This document shows positions 32,201 to 40,959 of a stretch of DNA of 49,105 bases, piece after piece. A program made the position numbers and the translations under genes. The DNA comes from a virus (lineage: Duplodnaviria > Heunggongvirae > Uroviricota > Caudoviricetes): the IMG/VR virus record IMGVR_UViG_3300003323_000621, positions 72,153 through 121,257 of that record; one strand, given 5' to 3'. Numbering within the stretch: the first letter of the stretch is position 1; the number at the start of each line of letters is the position of its first letter. The notes beneath the pieces were generated by a model. That model did no database searches. It was not told the DNA's origin and saw only the letters and a list, made by a program, of their open reading frames with translations.

Positions 32201-33677
32201 AATGAGTGAGTTAGAAGATATGTTTAAAACTATATCTGTAACATTACAAAATAGAAGAATAAAAAGAAAAGATTTTAAAGGTAATGATTTGTATACTACT
32301 AATGAAAAAGGAGAAAGGTCTCCAGTATATAAATCAGGTAAAGAATCTAATTCTTACAAAAGATTTAGTGCTTGGATGAAAATGGTGTTTTATGATAATC
32401 AGGATATAGATAATTCTACTGCAGCTACTGTAGCAAGAAAAGCACAAACACTAACTTCAATATCTAAGATTGGTCTTAATATCTTCTCTGGTATAAATAA
32501 CTATGTAATGGGTAGAATAAACTCTACTATAGAAGGTGTTGGAGGTCAACATTATGGGTTTAAAGAATTATCCAGAGCTACTAAAGAATTTAATAAGCAA
32601 TTATTACCTGGAGTTTTAGAAAAACTTGGTCAATTAGGTAAATCAAAAGATCCTTACAAAGATGCTAAACCTTATAGTAAATTTGAAGCTTTAGTAGAAA
32701 GTTATAAAATAGTAAGAGATCAAGCTTCTGGACAAGGAAATCCTCATACAGCAATAACTGATTGGTTATATTTACAACAAAAAGGTGGTGAATATGTAGT
32801 ACAATCTAAACCTGGGATTGCTATACTTATGAGACAAAAACTTACTAATTCTATTACTGGAGAACAAGTTAGTGTATATGATGCTTATGACTTTAATAAA
32901 CAAACTGGTAAATTAACACTTAAAGAAGGATTTGATTTATCTCCTGCAGAAAAAAGTAAGTTAATTAATAAGATTTGGGAAGTTAATAAATTAATACATG
33001 GAAACTGGGAAGATGTTGATAGAATGGTAATTCAACAACACTGGTTAGGTCAATTAGGAGCACAGTTTCACAAATGGTTATATCCAGCTTATAAAGCAAG
33101 ATTCAAGAAGAGATATTTTGATGAAAACTTAGGTAGTATGGAAGGTAGATATTTGACTATTATATCTTTTATGAAACATGCTAATAAGTTAAGTTGGAAT
33201 ATTAAGAATACTTATGCAGCATTAGATGAAAATCAAAAAGCTAATATGAGGAAGAATGCTGCTGAAATAGGATTCATTATGGCTTCTTTTGCTATGTGGG
33301 CTGTGTTTAAAGCATTAGCTGCTAATATTCCTCCAGAAGATGAATTTCTTACTAAGTTTGTTAACTTTTTACAATATCAGGAAAGTAGACAAGTAAATGA
33401 ACTAATTACATTAGTACCTATTGCTGGTATTAATGAGCAATGGCAATTGGTTTCTTCTCCAATAGCTGCTGCTAATACTATAAAAGATTTTGGACAAGCT
33501 ATATGGCAAACAATTAAGATCCCATATGATTTTATGAGTGATTCTATGTATTATGAAAGAGGACCTTTTGAAGGTGATTTAAAATACATGAAAGAATGGA
33601 GAGATGTTATTCCTGGATTATATGCTCTTAATAGATGGGATTCTTATGAAACAATTAAAACTTTTTATATAAAATAA
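29220..33677 (+). CDS. Large virion cargo/ejection protein with a degenerate zincin-like motif (EEFLH)
   Basis: 1485 aa directly after the RNAP gene. EEFLHPF near 29901 is followed by KELVTQ. The C-terminus has a hydrophobic helix (IGFIMASFAMWAVFKALAA). Confidence 0.65.
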   Translation: MSYCRLIVPKVGNNKGVKTKSVLYSNILDTVKDPKKATKLYQVAFTSDFINNFGDWINNPQDKNIISKLDSNGEPKLSELKDYITSANFRIKSNRNIEYFKKRYGIDKVMSLGEAQLLSEKINKLYPNVQASWDARTDNKGVVNLHFNTSEYLADKNSDGEVNRLLVSKLLDKFPKLNVKYINQTDIESIIGSRNLLKAGNADNIRSFFHGGTVYIIDGRTDNEMVIEEFLHPFVANIAKDNPEAMLGLFNDAKKNYPQLWNYIQREYNSERGYSNADRAKELVTQSIAKVANNEFEENGLDEISKNDFLSKIETFWNKLRDLIRSLINNSDNRIFADDIVPGTKIDDIAKLLGVKDISFNTYISDPLEIYFNLTEEEQKGENPPLPTDTEADLVEKMLNGLYNYQKILVDRKNFFKESNTNRRSKFQFQGKTINGLEALIAELGTDIDNLKLEYSKGELIRIFSKMLDNIQHDAESISKYINNKKNVSTDPYISVVLEAQKMIDSYSNLRLAVDIGMTNTNIESKMNKTIDQLNTLKDDLLDAVNDYVVHVVKNTTNNDSLTEEEIKKILKESYDIPDADYLFGDMSTSKDTLLAIADIQYKNAMIAVKDRVDERKEQLNTLGKNLINATGGKTKKGLFNFMIDFDDKGNPTGRLVQKIGKQYYNKKKAVMDPLFNEKGEKIEYFEIKNVLTADPAQVRHNQELYAKKKVARMFRSAEIIEDGQIYDGTYHAYTEEFLRDRAKYEIFDGAMWRVSPEYENTPEYSQYRNKYYTDPIEVLVGSPNGSAQLMKMSFPKNEYVYIKDIASTGEDMRDSKWVKLHNPLTNLERAQLEFYNGYLEIYNDLLNRLPEKYRKEMEGKMIKVKMGLYNNIMEHKESMFKIIARSFRQWTKAPEYSAQRVTDETGMISDEVPLFYGGDFQSQKRIDSLQNEIDKLKADYSANKIKQEEYLEQRKQLTSRLNFEMGKVRADEASLDLLDGLSKFVNMAENYDVMSELEDMFKTISVTLQNRRIKRKDFKGNDLYTTNEKGERSPVYKSGKESNSYKRFSAWMKMVFYDNQDIDNSTAATVARKAQTLTSISKIGLNIFSGINNYVMGRINSTIEGVGGQHYGFKELSRATKEFNKQLLPGVLEKLGQLGKSKDPYKDAKPYSKFEALVESYKIVRDQASGQGNPHTAITDWLYLQQKGGEYVVQSKPGIAILMRQKLTNSITGEQVSVYDAYDFNKQTGKLTLKEGFDLSPAEKSKLINKIWEVNKLIHGNWEDVDRMVIQQHWLGQLGAQFHKWLYPAYKARFKKRYFDENLGSMEGRYLTIISFMKHANKLSWNIKNTYAALDENQKANMRKNAAEIGFIMASFAMWAVFKALAANIPPEDEFLTKFVNFLQYQESRQVNELITLVPIAGINEQWQLVSSPIAAANTIKDFGQAIWQTIKIPYDFMSDSMYYERGPFEGDLKYMKEWRDVIPGLYALNRWDSYETIKTFYIK

Positions 33678-33718
33678 AAGGTAAATAATAATAGATAATA
33701 CAATTTAAAATATTTTTA

Positions 33719-36700
33719 ATGCCAATCAAGAAGTGTTCTCCTGCTAAGGTAAAGTGTCCTGCATGTACTGGTTCCAGTACTAATCCTTCTTGTCCTATAA
33801 CTCTTCCTGGTACTTGTGTTAATTATACAGGAAGTCCTATAACAGGTCCTGGAATTAATGTAAATGATAACTTTAATACAGTTACAAATAAACTTGCTAA
33901 TTATTCTTTAAATAATCAGAAGGTTATTGATGCTAATAGTGGTGTATTTTTAAATGATACTACAAAGACTATTAAATTAGGTTTAAATACTGCTGATCCT
34001 TTATTACAAGAAGGTTCCATTGAATTAGGTAGACTTTGTTATATTACACAAGGTGAAGATATTGCTGCTGGAAAGCAGATTGGTGTTTTATTTCAAGGAA
34101 CTGGTAAAAAACTTGATATAATAGGACTTAGAGGTATGGGCTTACCTGCTGCTGGCTATAGTATTGAAGTTGAGGATACTGGAGCATTGGTATCAATGGT
34201 AGCTAATGATAATAATACTGGTGTACCTACTACAGGAGGTATGCAAATGGTTTTTAGTACTGTAGGTGACATGGAAGTAACTGATGGTATAAATAGTAAA
34301 GGTTTACAATATAGTGGTGATTATGAATCTAACTTTGTTCCAAGAAGTTTAGTAACTAAACAGTATGTAGATGCTATTGTTGGTGGAGGTGCTAATGCTA
34401 ATAATGGTTTATCTTTAAATTCTGGATTTGTACAATTAGGACAATTAGTTAATACCATAGGTAATCCTGCATTAGTTACTAATAATAGAGAGATTCCCAT
34501 GAATAATGGGCTTACAGTATCATTCAAAAATATTAGTAACTCATTTACTACAAGTATAAATCCTGGTAATATTTCTGTTACTAAGGATACTACTGTTTCT
34601 AATCCCTCTTTAGAATTTTATGATAGTAATATAGGAACTGTATTTAGCCAATATTTAACAAGTACAGGATTTGTATTTGATTATGATACTTTACCTGTAA
34701 TAACTCTAGATGCATTTAATAATATACAATTTCATGGTTATCCAAATACAAGAAATAATGGTACAGCTACCAAAGCTCTTTACACTGGTAGTTCTGGAGA
34801 ACTTTTATTAGGTAATTTTCCAGTTGAATCAGCTAATAATGGATTAAGTGTTAGTAGTAATATTGCTGTGTTAGGTCAAACTATAGGAGCTGTGGGTAAT
34901 CCTGCTATATTAACATCAAATAGAGAAATACCTACAGGTGGATTTAATACAGTATTTACAGGAAATGGTAGAATTGGTATAGGAACATCTTCACCTTCTA
35001 CAACTTTACATGTAGAAACTACTAGTAATACTTCAGGAGTACTAATAACATCAACAAGTTCTACACCTTCTTTCTTGTTAAAAGTAAGATCTTATTATCA
35101 AGGAATTGTTAATCAAGCTATCAATAATGCAGGTCTTTCAGGATTAACTCTTAGAGATGCTGCTGATGATCCAAATACTGATTTTAACTTGATGTTTCAA
35201 CCTTCAGGTAAATCATTATATTATCAATTAGCACCTGGAGTAAGTGCTACTGGATATAGTATGCTATGGTGTAAAAATGATCAAAACTTATATGGTAGAT
35301 TATTAATAGATACTGGTAGATGGCAGTTTGGTACTTTAGGTCCAGTAGGTTTTACTTTTGCAGATAATGGTTACACTTTACAAGTAGTTGGAAATCTATT
35401 TGTAAATACTTTTATGAGATTAAATCCTCAAGCTTCTGCACCAGCTTCTCCTACAAAAGGTATGTTGTATGTTAATAATAGTACAAATCAATTCTTAGGC
35501 TATGATGGAACTACTTGGGTAGATTTAGGAGCTACAGGAGGTGGAGGAAGTGTAACAAATGTTTCTGGTACAACTAATAGAATTACTGTTACCAGTCCAA
35601 CTACAACTCCAGTAATAGATATTGCATCTACTTATGTAGGACAAAATTCTATAACAACTCTTGGAACTATTAGTACTGGTGTATGGCAAGGTACAGCTAT
35701 AGCTACTACTTATGGTGGTATACCTACAGCTGGTACAACAGGTCAAGTTCTTACTAAAAATAGTAATACAAACTATGATGTTTCATGGACTACTGTAACT
35801 GGAACTGGTACTGTAACTAACTTTATATTTACTAATGGTAATGGATTTAGTGGATCAGTTTCTTCATCTACTACAACTCCTACATTATCATTAACAACTT
35901 CTCTTACAACAGGAAGTGTTCCATTTATAGCTGCTGGTGGTGCATTATCTCAAGATAATAATAACTTATTCTGGGATTCTACTAATAATAGATTAGGAAT
36001 TGGAACAAATACACCAATAAGTAGAGAAACAGTAAGAACTGATGGATTAGGTGCTTATACAACTACAACTACTCAAAATAGTTCTGGTTTAAGTTTAGTA
36101 AATAATACTGCAGCAATATCAGGAACTCAACAAGCAAGTCCTGCTTTATTATTAAGAGGATTTGGTTGGGGAACTACAGCAGCTACTTCTCAATCAGTAG
36201 ATTGGAGACTTGTTAATTTACCAACACAAGGTACAGTACCAGCTTCTTCCCTAAGATTACAATTTAGTCTTAATGGAGCTACTTATAGTGAGCCATTTTT
36301 GTTTAATAGTACTGGGCAGTTTAATGCAACTGGTAATATAGTAGCAGGAGCTTCTAGTACTTTTGCTTTTACTACAAGAACTAATTTAAGTGCTCCTGTA
36401 GATGGTAATCTATTATTAAGAAATAATGCAAATACTAACTTTGGTCTTATCCAACTTGGTGGAAGTACAAGTGCTTTTCCTGCAATAAAAAGAAATACTA
36501 CAGGTATTGATATAAGATTAGCTGATGATAGTGCTTATACAAGTATAACCTCTTCTAATATCACATTAGATTCTCAATCAGGAGCTGCTACAAGATTATC
36601 TACTATATCTACTACAGGACAAGTACAAGCATTAGCTAATGGTACTGATACTCAAATAATGGCTATAGTAGGTGGTACACCTACATGGTCTACTTTAAGA

Positions 36701-36955
36701 TTAACTAATTCAGCTACATTAAACTTTCCTAGTACACCAGGTGGTGATGATGCTGACTTAACTATTACAGTTACAGGAGCTGCTGATGGAGATCCTGTTG
36801 CTCTTGGTATTCCAAATGCTGCTGTATTACCAGAATCTATGTATATGGCATGGGTTTCTGCTGCTAATACTGTAACTGTAAGATTTATAAATTTCTCTTT
36901 ATCTGCTCAAGATCCTCCAAGTGCAGTTTTTAAAGTAAGTGTGTCCAAATTTTAA
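33719..36955 (+). CDS. Tail fibre / receptor-binding protein
   Basis: Gly/Thr/Ser/Asn-rich with a Cys-rich N-terminus. It has mosaic fibre modules (GTTGQVLTKNSNTNYDVSW; LFWDSTNNRLGIGT; GRIGIGTSSP) and a C-terminal ITVTGAADGD...WVSAANTVTVR domain. Confidence 0.75.
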   Translation: MPIKKCSPAKVKCPACTGSSTNPSCPITLPGTCVNYTGSPITGPGINVNDNFNTVTNKLANYSLNNQKVIDANSGVFLNDTTKTIKLGLNTADPLLQEGSIELGRLCYITQGEDIAAGKQIGVLFQGTGKKLDIIGLRGMGLPAAGYSIEVEDTGALVSMVANDNNTGVPTTGGMQMVFSTVGDMEVTDGINSKGLQYSGDYESNFVPRSLVTKQYVDAIVGGGANANNGLSLNSGFVQLGQLVNTIGNPALVTNNREIPMNNGLTVSFKNISNSFTTSINPGNISVTKDTTVSNPSLEFYDSNIGTVFSQYLTSTGFVFDYDTLPVITLDAFNNIQFHGYPNTRNNGTATKALYTGSSGELLLGNFPVESANNGLSVSSNIAVLGQTIGAVGNPAILTSNREIPTGGFNTVFTGNGRIGIGTSSPSTTLHVETTSNTSGVLITSTSSTPSFLLKVRSYYQGIVNQAINNAGLSGLTLRDAADDPNTDFNLMFQPSGKSLYYQLAPGVSATGYSMLWCKNDQNLYGRLLIDTGRWQFGTLGPVGFTFADNGYTLQVVGNLFVNTFMRLNPQASAPASPTKGMLYVNNSTNQFLGYDGTTWVDLGATGGGGSVTNVSGTTNRITVTSPTTTPVIDIASTYVGQNSITTLGTISTGVWQGTAIATTYGGIPTAGTTGQVLTKNSNTNYDVSWTTVTGTGTVTNFIFTNGNGFSGSVSSSTTTPTLSLTTSLTTGSVPFIAAGGALSQDNNNLFWDSTNNRLGIGTNTPISRETVRTDGLGAYTTTTTQNSSGLSLVNNTAAISGTQQASPALLLRGFGWGTTAATSQSVDWRLVNLPTQGTVPASSLRLQFSLNGATYSEPFLFNSTGQFNATGNIVAGASSTFAFTTRTNLSAPVDGNLLLRNNANTNFGLIQLGGSTSAFPAIKRNTTGIDIRLADDSAYTSITSSNITLDSQSGAATRLSTISTTGQVQALANGTDTQIMAIVGGTPTWSTLRLTNSATLNFPSTPGGDDADLTITVTGAADGDPVALGIPNAAVLPESMYMAWVSAANTVTVRFINFSLSAQDPPSAVFKVSVSKF

Positions 36956-36985
36956 TATATAAACAAAAATCCCCTTTTTTCAAGC

Positions 36986-38095
36986 ATGGCTTTAAGAGAT
37001 TACTTAAATGTTTCTACAAGATCAGAATTGTACAATTTTGTAATGCAGTCTGATCAATGTCTTTTGGTATTAGGTATTTCAGTAGCTGGTGATATTCCAG
37101 CAGAAGTTTGGTATTTTGCTGCAGGTTCTACAGCTGTAGATGATGGAGTAACTGTTATTAGACCTACAAGTATTCCTGTAGGTAATCCTGGAAGGTATTT
37201 AAGAGCAATTCAAGAATCAAGTTGGAGTACTACAACAGGTAAACCCTCTTTTTCTACTGTAGCTAGTTCAGGAGATTATAATGATCTAAACAATAAACCA
37301 ACAATTCCAGCAGCTCAGGTAAATTCTGATTGGAATTCAGTATCAGGAGTTTCTCAAGTATTAAACAAACCAACTAATGTATCTTCTTTTAGTAATGATG
37401 TAGGATACTTAACTAGTATTACTTCATTACAAATTACAGCTGCTCTTGGATTTACTCCTTATAGTGCAGCTAATCCAGCTGGTTATATAACTGGAATAAA
37501 TTCAGCACTGATAGCTGCTGCATTAGGGTATACACCTTATAATGGAACAGCTAATCCTAATGGATATATTAACACAGTTACATCATCAAATGTAACTACA
37601 GCATTAGGATTTACTCCAGTAAACCCTAATGGAACTACATCTCAATACATTAGAGGAGATGGTTCTAAGGTTACTTTTCCTACTATTCCTGCTGCACAGA
37701 TTAACTGTGATTGGAATGCTACTTCAGGTTTAGCACAATTATTGAATAAGCCTTCTTTAGCTACAGTAGCAACTAGTGGTTCTTATAATGATTTATCTAA
37801 TAAGCCTACTATCCCTACAGTAAAAAGAACAGAAACTTATTTAGGAACTACAAATGCAAGTGGTGATTATACAGTTACTTATTCTACAGCTTTTTCTGTA
37901 ACTCCTGATATTCAACCTCAATTACAATCAGGTACTCCTGCTCAAGTAGTAAGAATAACATCAAGTACTACTACAGGATTTACAGTGAATGTTACTAATA
38001 GAGCTTCAGTAGTTATACTTGGTATAGAAGTATTACTTGCAGCTACAACTCCAGTATCAGGAGCTTCTGTAGGTGTTTTGGTAACAGCCAGATAA
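36986..38095 (+). CDS. Tail/head fibre protein with internal repeats
   Basis: The N-terminal VLG...GD...STAVDDGVTVIRP...GRYLR resembles tailspike N-terminal domains. Repeats: TVAxSGxYNDLxNKPTIP x2, AQxNxDWN x2, ALG[FY]TP x3. Confidence 0.7.
   Translation: MALRDYLNVSTRSELYNFVMQSDQCLLVLGISVAGDIPAEVWYFAAGSTAVDDGVTVIRPTSIPVGNPGRYLRAIQESSWSTTTGKPSFSTVASSGDYNDLNNKPTIPAAQVNSDWNSVSGVSQVLNKPTNVSSFSNDVGYLTSITSLQITAALGFTPYSAANPAGYITGINSALIAAALGYTPYNGTANPNGYINTVTSSNVTTALGFTPVNPNGTTSQYIRGDGSKVTFPTIPAAQINCDWNATSGLAQLLNKPSLATVATSGSYNDLSNKPTIPTVKRTETYLGTTNASGDYTVTYSTAFSVTPDIQPQLQSGTPAQVVRITSSTTTGFTVNVTNRASVVILGIEVLLAATTPVSGASVGVLVTAR
37241..37815 (+). repeat. Intragenic peptide repeats in A-B-(C)x3-B-A order
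   Basis: A = STVASSGDYNDLNNKPTIP / ATVATSGSYNDLSNKPTIP. B = AAQVNSDWNSVSGVSQVLNKP / AAQINCDWNATSGLAQLLNKP. C = ITAALGFTP, IAAALGYTP, VTTALGFTP. Confidence 0.8.
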
Positions 38096-38117
38096 TAAAA
38101 TTAAAAACAATTTATTT

Positions 38118-38978
38118 ATGACTAACAAAGTATATAGATTTACTAATGGATTAGGAGCTTCTGTTCCAATAGTAGTATATACTCCAAACAACATGGATAG
38201 TTCTAAAAAGGACTATCCAGTTGTTATATTCTTAAGTGGTTCAGGAGAATTTTCTGATGATCCTAATATTGTAAAAGTTCAGAATAATTCTAATCATGCT
38301 AACTTACTTAAGTTTGGAGATTTAAGAGGATTTATAGTAGTAGCTCCACAATTTGTACCTTCACAGAATTATATAATTAAAGATAAATTTCCAGTACAAA
38401 CATGGCATCCTAATTTCCAGGATGGATTTTATATGAGAGATGTTATTAATTGGGTAAAAAGTAATCTTCCAATTAATACTAAAAGAATTTATCTTACAGG
38501 ATTAAGTGCAGGTGGTAATGGAACATGGGATACTATAATTAAATGGGAAGAATTAACTAATGAAATAGCAGCAGCTGTACCTTTATGTGCAGGATACCAA
38601 GATGGAGATTGGACTTTACCAGTAAAAAGTAAAGTTCCTATATGGGCTTTTCATGGATTAAAAGATGTTAATACTTCTCCTAACTCTACTATACAACAAG
38701 TAAACAAACTTAATAATGAGTTAGATATTAATCCTAAAGCAAGGATAACTTTATATCCCACTATGGATCATTATATTTGGAGTACTGTTTATAATACTCC
38801 AGAGTTATATGATTGGATGTTATCTCAAACAAATGATGGTACAACTATCCCTGAAGAACCTCCAGTAAAACAAGTAAAGGATAAATTATCATCTTCTGTA
38901 GTATTAAATGGAATAAGAGTAGACTTTACTATTACTACTTATAGTGATGGTTCTTCTACTGTAGAAAAAATAAACTAA
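38118..38978 (+). CDS. Alpha/beta hydrolase (carboxylesterase/phospholipase-like 'predicted peptidase' family)
   Basis: YPVVIFLSGSGE, the nucleophile elbow RIYLTGLSAGG, WAFHGLKD (Asp) and MDHYIW (His) give a complete Ser-Asp-His triad. Confidence 0.85.
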   Translation: MTNKVYRFTNGLGASVPIVVYTPNNMDSSKKDYPVVIFLSGSGEFSDDPNIVKVQNNSNHANLLKFGDLRGFIVVAPQFVPSQNYIIKDKFPVQTWHPNFQDGFYMRDVINWVKSNLPINTKRIYLTGLSAGGNGTWDTIIKWEELTNEIAAAVPLCAGYQDGDWTLPVKSKVPIWAFHGLKDVNTSPNSTIQQVNKLNNELDINPKARITLYPTMDHYIWSTVYNTPELYDWMLSQTNDGTTIPEEPPVKQVKDKLSSSVVLNGIRVDFTITTYSDGSSTVEKIN

Positions 38979-38999
38979 TAATTTAAAAAATAAAATAAG

Positions 39000-39926
39000 A
39001 TGGGCTGTAATATAACAGGAAATATACAGGGATCAGTAGTAGATAACATATTACTTCTTAATAAGAAGATGGATAAGGTATGGAAAAGAATATCTTATAT
39101 ACAGAATCATTCTGGTGGTGGTGGAACTGTAACAGGAGCTAATCAAGGTCTTTCTTTATCAGGTACAAATGTTGTATTAGGACAAACTTTAGGTGATATT
39201 AATAATCCTGCAATGATTAGTGGAGCAAAGGAAATTCCTTTTGATACAACAGGTCTTTCTTATTTAACATTTAATTATGCAGGAGCTTTTCCAGGTCAAA
39301 CAATAATACAACCAGCTGTTATACAAATACAAGGAAATTCAGAACAAAGTTCAATTCCTGCTTTAAGATTAATAGATAGTGCAAATTTATCTACATTTCT
39401 TACTTTATCTATAAGTGGTGATACAGCTTCTATATCTAAAAGTGGAGGATCTCCTGTGCTTCTTTTTCATGATGAAGGTACTATAACAATATCTCCTTCA
39501 TTTGGTCCTAGTGATGTAGGATTATGGATTCAAAATAGAAAAATAAGAATTGATGAAGGTAATGGAGGAGTAGGAAAAGTACTTATGTCTGATGCTGATG
39601 GTATAGGTACTTGGGCAAATCCTAATATAAATGTACTTTCTAGTAACAATTCTTTACCTTTACCTACTACTACTAATACATATCACACTTACACAGGTAC
39701 GGGATCAGGAACTTGGACATTACCTTTAATAACAATAGGATTAGAAGGATATAAAGTAACTATTATAAATGCATCTTCTGATATATTAATAGTAGCTACT
39801 TCAGGATCTGATATGATAATAGATCCTACAGGAACTTCTACTAATAGTTATACAATAGCATCTAAAGGTGTAATTACATTGTATAATAACTCTCTTAACT
39901 ATGTAGTTATACCAACTACTCCTTAA
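39000..39926 (+). CDS. Tail-fibre-like protein
   Basis: Shares a 34-aa module with the 1078-aa fibre. Contains GGVGKVLMSDADGIGTW and a C-terminal TWTLP...GYKVTIIN beta domain typical of fibre tips. Confidence 0.65.
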   Translation: MGCNITGNIQGSVVDNILLLNKKMDKVWKRISYIQNHSGGGGTVTGANQGLSLSGTNVVLGQTLGDINNPAMISGAKEIPFDTTGLSYLTFNYAGAFPGQTIIQPAVIQIQGNSEQSSIPALRLIDSANLSTFLTLSISGDTASISKSGGSPVLLFHDEGTITISPSFGPSDVGLWIQNRKIRIDEGNGGVGKVLMSDADGIGTWANPNINVLSSNNSLPLPTTTNTYHTYTGTGSGTWTLPLITIGLEGYKVTIINASSDILIVATSGSDMIIDPTGTSTNSYTIASKGVITLYNNSLNYVVIPTTP

Positions 39927-39990
39927 TTGAATATATCTAACTAATTATTACAATAATATAAACTGTTAACTAAATAAGTTAGATTATATA

Positions 39991-40022
39991 TTTGGTTAAT
40001 AGTTCATATTTAGATATATTTG
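39991..40022 (+). promoter_or_regulatory. Bacteroidota sigma-A-type promoter TTTG-N20-TATATTTG
   Basis: TTTG at 39991-39994 and TATATTTG at 40015-40022, spaced 20 nt. This matches the Bacteroides/Flavobacterium -33/-7 consensus. Confidence 0.7.
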
Positions 40023-40089
40023 TACAATACATATTTTATTAACTTACAGAGATAGGAAAGGATCCTATTCATGTTTCAAACTATTAACA

Positions 40090-40500
40090 ATGAGTACCAG
40101 AAGATTAAGGTATTTTGTAAGATTAGATGGAAGAGGGAATATTGTCCCAGGTTCTTTAGTAGCCAGAAGAAAAGGTCAGGGTCATCCTGGAAGGCCAGGA
40201 ACTCATGCAGTAACAGGGTCATGGATGGAAATAACTAATCCTAAATGCTGCCCTGATACAGTAGTAACTGTAACTCCAACAGGAACTCCTAGTGGAACTT
40301 CTACAGTAACAGTAGTAGGTTCTTGTGATGGTACACAATTATTTACTTATAGTGCTACTTCAGCTTCTATAGCTGATACTGTATCAAAATTAAATACTAA
40401 TTTTCCAGCAATAGCTACTTGGGCAGTAGTAGGATCTACTATTACAGCAACAAGTCCTATTTGTCCAGATTTTACATTTACTGTAGCTTATGCAGGGTAA
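40090..40500 (+). CDS. Putative virion structural (decoration/fibre-like) protein
   Basis: N-terminal LRYFVRLDGRGNIVPGSL...WMEI motif, then a Thr/Ser/Val-rich beta domain. The gene has its own promoter and terminator. Confidence 0.5.
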   Translation: MSTRRLRYFVRLDGRGNIVPGSLVARRKGQGHPGRPGTHAVTGSWMEITNPKCCPDTVVTVTPTGTPSGTSTVTVVGSCDGTQLFTYSATSASIADTVSKLNTNFPAIATWAVVGSTITATSPICPDFTFTVAYAG

Positions 40501-40507
40501 TATTATA

Positions 40508-40539
40508 GCTCATAGAGATTAAGTTCTCTATGGGCTTTT
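40508..40539 (+). terminator. Rho-independent terminator
   Basis: GCTCATAGAGA-TTAAGT-TCTCTATGGGC (11-bp stem, one G-U pair) followed by TTTTCTTGTTT, 7 nt after the stop at 40500. Confidence 0.75.
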
Positions 40540-40556
40540 CTTGTTTAAATATTAAT

Positions 40557-40943
40557 ATGAATATGGCTACTATAAATAAAAGTGCTAAAAAGAAGGTTAT
40601 TAGTAAAGGAAATAAACCAGCAAGACCCAAAAAGAAAGATAACTGTGTTAATGTAAATAAATTAACTTGGTATGAAAGGTTAAAATCTCCTTCACCAACA
40701 TTCTTCAAAAGAATAAAGCAAGTAGGTATTGTACTTACTTCTGTAAGTATAATGTTATTGGCTGCAAATACTAATTTTAACTTAGGTTTGCCAGAAAGTG
40801 TAAATCAATTAGGAAGATACTTAGGATATGGAGGATTTATAGCAGCAGCTATAGCTTCTTTCACTGTAGATCCTGAAAAATTACAGGATAAAATAGATAA
40901 ATCTGCTAGTCTTTCTAGGGGAGAAACAACTTCTGGTGAATAA
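40557..40943 (+). CDS. Holin-like two-TM membrane protein (start revised from 40530 to 40557 or 40563)
   Basis: Basic N-terminus, WYERLKSPSPTFFKRI, then two hydrophobic helices. The ATG at 40530 falls inside the terminator stem. Confidence 0.55.
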   Translation: MNMATINKSAKKKVISKGNKPARPKKKDNCVNVNKLTWYERLKSPSPTFFKRIKQVGIVLTSVSIMLLAANTNFNLGLPESVNQLGRYLGYGGFIAAAIASFTVDPEKLQDKIDKSASLSRGETTSGE

Positions 40944-40959
40944 ATAAGAGGAATATTTT

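Noticed and set aside
3398-33677. Bacterial contractile injection or polymorphic toxin locus
   Set aside because: No sheath, baseplate or immunity-gene pattern. The ring/muzzle/RNAP organisation fits a podovirus-like crAss virion.
3083-35746. Antisense ORFs at 3083-3319, 9082-9333, 13420-13626, 16239-16463, 19125-19331, 30074-30301, 31737-31919, 34321-34527 and 35525-35746
   Set aside because: All lie opposite long, well-supported + strand genes and have the Phe/Ile/Ser-rich composition typical of shadow frames.
33719-39926. Diversity-generating retroelement or invertible fibre cassette
   Set aside because: The repeats are conserved at protein level only, with no adenine-specific TR/VR pair. 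No reverse transcriptase, invertase or flanking inverted repeats are seen in the window.
40052-40068. Small hairpin ATAGGA-AAGGA-TCCTAT in the 5' leader of the 136-aa gene
   Set aside because: A 6-bp stem is expected by chance and has no U-tract or recognisable riboswitch features.
40530-40556. ATG at 40530 as the start of the holin-like gene
   Set aside because: It lies within the terminator stem. The ATGs at 40557 and 40563 have a typical A/T-rich context.
40478-40708. 76-aa - strand hydrophobic ORF
   Set aside because: It is the antisense shadow of the Lys-rich start of the holin-like gene and runs across the terminator.
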